DNA of 64,000 nucleotides from Oikopleura dioica (lineage: Eukaryota; Animalia; Chordata): the NCBI GenBank assembly GCA_907165135.1, contig OU015567.1, positions 7,378,001 through 7,442,000 of the forward strand, read 5' to 3'. Position 1 is the stretch's first letter. Every line of letters begins with the position of its first letter. The position numbers and the translations under genes were made by a program. The notes below the pieces were generated by a model. It searched no databases, was not told the origin of the DNA, and saw only the letters and a program-made list of their open reading frames with translations. Of this stretch, positions 55,470 to 64,000 are shown piece by piece.

Positions 55470-58400
55470 CTACTGGCGAGTACAGTATTTCACATCTTTT
55501 GCTCCGCGCATTCCGAGAATTTGTTTTCCAAAGCGATCGAGATTTTTCGGACACCTACAAAATCAGTTAATTGACTTAAAATGAAGAAGCTCACCTCCTG
55601 CAACCATACGAGCCGGAATTCGGCTGATAGTAGCCAGCTGGACAGGTAACACACTGTGACGATTTTGCTCTCGGAGATCTGAAAGTTCCAGGATCGCATT
55701 TTTCGCACTGACCATCGCGAAACTCTTTTCCAGCTGGGCAGTTTTCATTTTGTTTTCTGATATTTGGGCAAGTCTGTTCCAGGGTATTCGGCTCCCAACG
55801 TCCAGTTGAAATTCGGCAGATATAAATTTTCATTGATTGTCCATCTGAAAAGGTGAATCCAATCGGACACATCACGTGGCAAAGTTTTCCAAAAGAAGCT
55901 CGGCGGCATGAAACTCGACCGTCAAGGGGCGTGGGTAGGTCGCGCTCGCAGGGAGAAGCAGCAGTTGTGGTAGTTGTGGTGGAAATTGCTGTAGTTGTTG
56001 TTCGGTGAAGATAAGGCTTGGGAGTTGTCATCCAATACTTGAGAGTAGATTCGCCTTCGACGAGGACGGCTACTTGGCAGAGACCGACGTTGTTGAACTT
56101 GTCAAAAGCCCTGTAAGTTATTAAATACTCCCCTGGATTCATTGGGACTCTTGGAAGTCCTTCCACATCTATTCGCATCACTCCTGTGTTGTCTTCAAAT
56201 TTCGGGTCAAAGAAGATCTGTCGATCGGGATTGTAATGATGCATAACTCCCTTCTGACAATTTTTCGACACTGGAGGACTATCATCCACGACATCGACAA
56301 AGAAAGAGCAAGAGGCGACATTTCCCGTGAATCGATTTTGCGTCGAGAAGGAAATCTCAGTCACACCAAGATCAAAGCCGTACTCGTATGCACGGCCGTT
56401 CATTCTCACTCGAGGATGAGCCGTCGTCGGTTGAGAAGAACTGGCGGATTTGATATCTAACTGGAGCCAGGCAATGGCGTCGTCGGGTGGGAGACTTTCG
56501 CGGACATCCGAGGGACATTTGATCGATACTTTTGTCGAGACGCATGCTTCTTGAGGTTGGTCCCATGAGCCGTCAGATTGACAGCGCACATTTTTCTCCT
56601 AAAAGATTTTGATCAATTTTACTTTGAAATCAAGGAAGACCAACCTTAGTTCCATCCTCAAAAATGTAGTTTTTGTGGCAGAGCATAATGCATTTGGCAC
56701 CCGGAAGTATTCCACCAGCAGTACAATGCAGAGGAGCGATTTCCTGGCCGACCTTTGGCGCCAATCCAGGGCACTTAATTTATTCCCTGTTACAAGCACT
56801 GCTGTGTTGTGACTTCTCTCACCTCAGCTTTGATGCATCTTGGAGTGCGCGCGGACCAGCCGCTCATTCCACAAGTTGCCTTGCTCGCGCCGATCAGTGA
56901 GAAATTTGGCGAACACATAAATCTGCAATTAACGCCGAGAAAAGCGCGTCCGTAGTCGGGCCGGACGCAGCTAGTCGGACCGATTACTCGACCATTATCG
57001 GGGATCGTGAGTGGATGACTGTATTTTGAGTTAAAAAAAACTTTTTTATGATTTAAGAATTCAATTTAGAGTTTCCTTTTTCACTAATAATAATGATAAA
57101 AGAATAAATAAAACAAAGTGTCTAAGAATTTTTTCAAGCTCTGACAATAACCGTCTGGATTAACATTTGTGGCCGAAGAGTAGGTATAAGGGCGGAAAGC
57201 TGGACGGTAGCGACTTCTAGGACTGAGAGCTGTTGGCTGAGGCTCACAATGACGGCGGTCTCTTTGAAGTTTAAGGCCACTCGGACAAGAACAAAAATAC
57301 CCGGAACTGGTATTCATACAGATGTGGGAGCAGCCACCGTTGTTCGTTTCGCATTCATTTTTATCTGAAATCGTCCGGCTCTAGAATTCGCAGGAAAGAG
57401 TACCTTCGCAAGGGATATAAGCTCCAGGATCACCAACAAATCCTCCGGAACATTTGCAATCTGCAACTGTTTTGGTCGAGCTGGTGAAATCGCGCTCGGA
57501 ATTCGCTTTAGCGCGGGTTGTCAAAACATTGTTCCCTTTTTCCTTATCACTTTGTCACTGAAAGTGTTTAATGAACCCGAACCTGGGCACTTCCGACAGA
57601 AATTTTCCGACGTGGCGTAGAACTTGTCCGGACACGAATACCGACATTGGTAACCAGTGGGAGTATCCATCAGCACTTGACCTTCAAAGCAGCGCCGCTT
57701 TGAAGAGGCTCGATTAGGCTCAACAATCGAACAGAGATTCAAAAATTTTCACAAAAAATATAAAACCATTTTTGCCCTTTTGAAAAAATGATCTCGCCTC
57801 TATTCCTGACAGCTGGTTTGGTCTTCTCGTAGAAAAAACCCTCTTCTACATTTGCACCAATAAAGGCCTTCGCATTTTTAAATGAATAAATTCAATCAAT
57901 CCAAAAAGCCCATTAGCGCTTGATTGAAGCAATAATTTCAGCTGTGTTTTTACAGCGAAACAGGATCGACCTTGAACCAGCGCTCCGGCTTTTTACTAGT
58001 CGCTGCGAAGGCCATTACCTGAATTTAATGGGAGCTGTGACATTTGTCCTACACAAGCCGAGAGGCGCCCCACCACACAACGCATGACCAAGCTACTAGC
58101 CTTGGGGTTAGGTTAGGGTTAGGGTTAGGTTAGGGTTAGGTTAGGTTAGGATTAGGTTAGGGTTAGGTTAGGGTGTAGTAGCTTGCTGCAGCGCGGTGTG
58201 GTAGCGCGCCCCTCGGATTGTGTAGGACAAATGTCACGCTACTCGAATTTAATTACCAATGGAACTCTTTGCAAGGGATCAATTTTTTGTTTACCTTGAA
58301 GTGTCCGTACAAATTTTCGCAAAGTTGTTCACATGGATTCGCACTGTTAGCACATTCGTTGATGTCCACACAAGTCCGTCCGTCACCTGCATTTAGGGCT

Positions 58401-59178
58401 ACTCGCTACTGTTTACAGAAGAAACTGGACTTCCGCTTTTTTATTAATTTCGGAGCCCGGAGCAAAAAGCCTGAATCCGTCCCTACAGTTGCACTTGTAT
58501 CCGCCGAATGTGTTCAAGCAAGTGTGATGACAAGGGTTTCCTGTTGCGCATTCATCAATGTCTTTTCAAAGTTTCAAAATAAGTAAGAATCCTTTCCGTT
58601 TTTGGAAATGATGGATGGGTCAATCTAGGACCCAGGTCATTATCAAAAGAGTAATCCCAGGTATCAAGTAAAAGTGGGCCATAAGGGGTCTTACTTTGAA
58701 CATGTTGATCGATGGATGCTTAGGACTTAGTAACTTAGTTAATTAAGGAAATTCAAAAGAGCGTCTCGATCATCGTTTTTGAAACTTGTCTTCGCAATCT
58801 CCTGTTCTGAAATTGAGTCTGGTACCAACCGAGCAAGCGCAAAAATAGCTCCCAAGAGTGTTTGTACAGGTCTGTCCTCTCATACAGTTGTGGCCGTATC
58901 TGCATTCGTCAATATCCACACATTCTCCTCTTGAATTTTACATACATTTATGAACCCCAAGCTCTCCAAACCTGATCATTTTAAACCCGCTCCCGCATCG
59001 GGTCAAAGAAGAAAGAATCAATTCTGTGTCATTATTGGTTTCATTCAGAGCTACTGCGATTGCGAAATGTATCGTAAACCTACAGTTTACATTTTCAGGC
59101 TGTTTGAATGGCAGATTTTTCAAACCTTTGTATTGAAAACAATTTCATCCTTTACAGCGAAAATTTTCTTCGAAGCAT
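55470..59178 (-). CDS. Secreted mosaic protein: Ca-binding EGF, sushi, HYR and ephrin-receptor-like Cys repeats (SVEP1/SCUBE-like)
   Basis: Signal-like [72 protein letters not shown]; no TM seen. Confidence 0.8.
58030..58244. mobile_element. 215-bp MITE with telomeric-repeat core and 9-bp TSD
   Basis: TSD GAATTTAAT (58021-29, 58245-53); TIR core GTGACATTTGTCCTACACAA; centre (TTAGG/TTAGGG)n at ~58103-58173. Confidence 0.9.
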
Positions 59179-59662
59179 GATTTAGGGCGTCTCTTCAGAT
59201 TTCTTCAGGGTCTCTACAATCGAGGCTGTTTAAACAAAAATTGGCCTTGTGAGTTGGCCCGTGGTGAGTTCTATAAGTAGGACAACACGAACAGAAAGAG
59301 AAGTAGTGGAAGAAGAACTCAGCGAGCTCGAAGAGAGAGGAGTACGCTCGGCTCGCCACAGGGGGGCGTCCCAGTTGGCGCAAGTTCAACAGCATCACAG
59401 CATTAATTAACACAAGCTCAGTCCCTTCTAATCCCCATTTCCGATGCAAATTAATATTTTCACAATACAAAATACTAGGATTAGACCGAGACAAAGGGCG
59501 TGTTTATTAGTTTATAACCGGAAGTGGGGTACTAGAAGTCAATTAATCAATTTAAGAAATATGAAAGAAAATATTAATTTTTGAATTATTGAAATTTTTA
59601 TTGAAAGAAAGATCGAAGCAGAAACTTTTATTTGTGAAATTCAATTTTGTCGCGCAAGTTCT

Positions 59663-61387
59663 TTAATTTCCTTCTAATCTAAAAGCGGGCTCTGATTTGC
59701 AAGGGAGAAAAAAATTCAGTAAATTCTGAGCCCTGAAATATGATGGAAAAATCGGGTCGCGGAAGGCGTAAACAAGAGGGTTAGCCACAGTTCGCCAGTA
59801 AGTCCAAGTTTTTAGCAACCATAAATAATCGTCAGCGTAACTCCATAGAGCAGGGACACAGACTGAGAAGCAAAGGAGAAGATAATAAGGGCTGAAAACG
59901 TTTAGGGCCTTATCCTACTGAAGAAACTTACCCATGAAATGAAAGAAAGCTAACGATGTTTATGATCATCGTTCTGATCATACTTCCAGTGCTCGTCAGT
60001 CCATTTTGCTTTTGAAAGCTTGTTCCAACAATTGCATTTGAAAATGATGTAACTCTGAAAATACATTTACTCCCTTCCACTTCTCAGAAATATCAACCGA
60101 GAACAAACACTCATCACAGAGCTTCTTCTCCACATAAATGAGTTCTCAGGATGCAAATAAGTGAAGTTCGGGATGTTCGAATTGTTATTTTCATTGCAAG
60201 TGATGCAATCGCGGGTTCTGTCGTTCCACTTTCCTGACATTCTTCGCGATTCTGACTCCGAAAGCAGCGAGTTTCTTAATTTTTGTTAGACGTCTTTGGT
60301 CATTTTCTACCTTCTGTTCAAAACCAATCTGCTTCTTTGACTATCTGCCGACTTTCTTTTTGCAAGAAAAAGCTTTGCGGCCCGAAGAGCTCTTGAAGAT
60401 TCTGGCGTTTCAAAAGTATGATATGAATGCCGTCGATCATGAATCAAATCAGGAATACGAGTTATCGAGTAATCGTTTTTCTCTTGCAGTCGGATATCCG
60501 GAAGGCTAAATGATTGAGATTACGGAGAAAAGAAAATCAAAAAGCACCTTCTGATCATTTCGCCTGAATCAGGGCCCCTGTTGCTTGATACAGAAAACCA
60601 GGAAGTGCGACTTGCTCTCCGATTTCTTCCTTGAAGCGATGAAATGTAAGAGTCGGAGGATTTTATGCTCAGAATAATTGAAGAGTAGCTCCAAATGATC
60701 ACCACCAGCGGTATGAAAAAGTAGACAAAAGAGGTACTACGCTGGATGAAAGAAAGAAGGCTAAGTTGAAATCAACGAGGAGAATTCAAATATTTCTTCA
60801 TCCTTTCCTGATTCGATTAAATTGAGACGAATGAAGTGCTTTCAAGCTGCAAATTTTTTCATCAGAACTAAGCTCGAGAATATATAATATGAGGCCACTG
60901 AGGACCGGCGCAAGAACCCATAAAATCGCCAAAAGCACTTTCACCAGCGTCGCAGTCCGATTAACACGATATCGAATCGGCGAGTAAATTGACAAGCCTC
61001 GGTCGACACTGATCAGCGTAAGACAAGCAGTAGAAATGAAATTCAAGGAACTGTCCGCAATCCCCCAAGTTAAGCAACACCACGAGTCCATTGGGAATGC
61101 CGATTCGAGGAAAAAATACGAAGAAATGGGCAGCAAAAGCGTTGAAATCAGTAAATCAGCAGCTGAAAAAAGGGATCTTAGGGGCTAAGCTGATTTTCTT
61201 ACCAGCTAGTGAGAGGATTATGAAGTTTCCGGGGTCATAACTCAGTTGATAACACTTTTTGCGGCTAGAAAAGATCATTGCCAGAGAAAAAATCGAATAA
61301 TTTCTAGCGCTGCCCATAGATATCCAAAGATAACCAGCGAGTTCTCTATGATGCTTGCAAGTGAGACCAAGCTATTGCCAACTGTTC
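59663..61387 (-). CDS. Class A GPCR, aminergic type, long third intracellular loop
   Basis: TM1 SIIENSLVI, TM2 NFIILSLA, TM3 CLTWGIAD...ISVDRG (D3.32 present), TM5 YFFIPLVVIIWSY, TM7 NPLVY; N-terminal exon unresolved. Confidence 0.85.
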
Positions 61388-61738
61388 CTATGTGAAAAAT
61401 CGCAGAGTCTGTTACGTTATTCATTCTTTTTTCCTTGTTTTACTGGAGACAAAGAAGAATCGACCGAGCGAAGACGGAGGCCGAGAAGAGGAAGGAGATA
61501 ATCGTCGTGGATCGGATTTAAACGGGGTGAGACTCGATATTTGCTTCCATTTACCAAAATATAATATATATCTTTAATTTCTCTACTGTATATCTACTAT
61601 ACGAGTTTAATACTCGTCTCAAGAAGATTTGGCACTTGGAAACAACGAATAGAAAATAAGAAAGATTTATTCTTAGAAAACATATTTTACAAAAAAATAA
61701 AAGAGCTTGTTTTGAGGTGAATGAAAAGTGGCAGCTTT

Positions 61739-64000
61739 TTAGATCTTTGGTGCAACACGGAACTCTTCTTCGAGACCTTTTCCTTTCTTTCGGCCGATCC
61801 AAGATCCGCAAGGGAATGTCCAGGAGCTAGAAATGAGTTGATTTGAGGCAATTTCAGCGTTTTCTTACTTTGAAGGAGTGGAAATAATGACATTTTTTGG
61901 CTTCCAATCAGCATTGCGCCCCTTGTCGTCATGTTCGAGTTTGATTCTAGAGCAGAATTATGAATGATTGAATTGAGAAAAGACCTTACTTTTCTAATTC
62001 ACCGAGGTCGAGGCAGTTGATCTCAAAGTTGTCAGTATTGCCCCTTTCAAAGAGATCTCTCCATCTTTGCTGCAGAGGCATTTTTCCAGAGTCGCCGAGG
62101 GAACCATAGACTGTCAGTTTGACATTTGCGTCCGTGCCTGCTTTCCTTTCATCACAGGTTGAGACTGCCACGCTGTAGGTGATATTCTGCCGATTTCTTT
62201 GTTTCGCTTAATATTTTTCAATCATTCATGTTCAATTATTCTAAATTACCGATTCCGTCTTCAAGTGAGACAGTAGCAGTGACGCCATTTCTGTCCACCC
62301 AGTTATCCACAATCGCCAAGTACTTATTGCCACCAAATACCGCCTCAACAGTTGAAATATATGTCTTCTCAGCTCTTGAGCCGTCTAAGCTGATCGCAAT
62401 TTCTTGTAATTCGCCGACGCCTTTACTCGTTTCGGGGTCGAAGCGACGGGATTCACCTTTTTTTAGACCAAGCGGATTTCGCAGACGCATTTCTGTCGAA
62501 CCAGTTGATCCCATCAATTTCAGCTAAAAATATGATCATTGTTGTTGAAATAAAACGGAGTGTACCTTGAGCGACTCAGATGTTCCGGCATTTTTGACAT
62601 CAGCGCAAGAAATGGTGAAATTGTATTCAGTCTTCTGATTGTCTCCAGCACCACCTGTCATATTTGTTGGAACCAGCTCACGGACAATTTGCCGATCTCC
62701 TTCGCTCTTTGCCAGCCACTGTCCGCATGGGAAGAACCACTCTTTCTCTCCTGCTTTCACTCGTACGTGTTCCAAGTGCCAGCCGGACTTGAATCCCTTG
62801 TTATCGTGCTGGATTCTGAGCGTGGCGAGCTCTCCAAGGTCAGGTTTATTGACGAATTTAAAGATATCGGTCTGGTTACGCTCAAATGGATCCTCGTTGT
62901 TGCCATTTTCTAGCGCCCAGACACCAGAGGTACCTGAAAACAATCAATAAAGGTGACATAAATTTGATTTACCGTTTTGGCCAGTAATTTCACAGATAAC
63001 ATTCGCATCAGTTCCACAACCAAAAAGATCAGAAGTCTTCACTTCGATTTCATAGTCAAGAAATTTCGCAGAACCGCGAGGCATGAGCTGAACAGTTTGT
63101 CCGCCCTCAGTTCTTTCGGTTCCATTGAAGACGTAGATTTTTCCCGAGTCTTTGTTTCTAACTTCAATCTTTTCACAGAACCAACTGACTTTTTTCTCTC
63201 TTCTTCCGAAAAGTCCACCGCCTTCAACAGCATCAGTCGATACCTTTGCTGTCACCATTTTTATCGGCTCGATGTCCTCAAGATCAATGTCGAAAATATC
63301 CCTTCCAGCTCGGGAGAATGATTCTTCTGATCGCTCAAGTTTGACATCAGCAAGCGTTTTGCTCTCGCCAGTAAATGTCAAGTAAACATCACCTTATTCT
63401 GTTCAGAAATATTTTTAATTGATAAGAAAAGAATGATTGATGTAATTAATTATTCATTATTTTACGTCATCTTATTTCTGAACTGAGCCTTCATCAAGAC
63501 CTGCCCCATCTTCATCAGCCGTCATAACTGTAACTTCATAGGCCGTTTTTGCAGTGCCTTCTTCGATTGGCAGCGCATCTTCAGCATTGAAAACTCTATT
63601 GAGAAGACCGTCTCCTTCCGTCTTGCAATACCAGTTGTTCACTTTGAAGAAGTACGTCTTTGCCTTGAGAGGAAGATGAACCTCTAGGAGTTCGACGAAC
63701 CAGCTCTCGTCTAAGTTCCTGACTCCAAGTTCAACTTTTGTAAGTTCTCCAACATCCATGTTTTCGAATGCCCAAGAGTCGACCGAGTCTTTTACGAATT
63801 TGTCCTGTCCGGTTGGGATTGGAAGATTGATTCGTTTCGTTGCCTTTTCATTGTCAACCGATGATGTTGTTGATGATCGACGACGATCACGTGTTGGCTC
63901 GTATTCCAGGACATCGTCAGATTTGCCATAGAAGCGAATGTATGCATCTGGCTCACTAGAATAGAATAATTTTATGTGGATAACTATCTTTACTCACGTT
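61739..64000 (-). CDS. LOXHD1: PLAT/LH2-repeat protein, 3' part (continues beyond window)
   Basis: Successive PLAT domains: GTDANVKLTVYG..GDSG, DPFERNQTDIF, LRIQHDNKGFKSGWHLEHV, FFPCGQWLAKSEGD. Confidence 0.88.

Noticed and set aside
59355-59372. GCCACAGGGGGGCG resembling a CTCF site
   Set aside because: One extra G relative to the consensus; a single weak match.

Overview
Eukaryotic, very compact genome. Introns are mostly 40-90 nt, co-oriented genes are often 25-350 bp apart, several introns need non-GT donors, and a connexin (chordate-restricted family) is present. This pattern fits a larvacean tunicate such as Oikopleura, but the species is inferred. About 25 intron-split genes were assembled by hand: GPAA1, IQCD/DRC10, a DRAK/STK17-like kinase, CDC45, WDR61, RABGEF1, ATG12, CFAP96, two tandem p70 S6 kinases, LLPH, CCDC28-like, an orphan, PSMC1, BORCS7-like, TSEN34, PPP1R12/MYPT, a connexin, a RING protein, an HMG-box protein, a LITAF/BRI3-like protein, a secreted coiled-coil/Kelch protein, CFAP44, an EGF/HYR/sushi secreted protein, an aminergic-type GPCR and LOXHD1 (partial). 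The most striking non-coding features are small non-autonomous DNA transposons. A hAT-type MITE sits inside the kinase coding exon and could be removed in frame only as a non-canonical intron. The others are a TIR-bounded GC-AG intron in ATG12, a MITE with a telomeric-repeat core and 9-bp TSD, nested TA/TTAA MITEs, a perfect 262-bp palindrome and a 57-bp satellite with repeated inversions. Most short ORFs in the supplied track are frame artefacts. Gene boundaries are manual and some homopolymer indels may be assembly errors.
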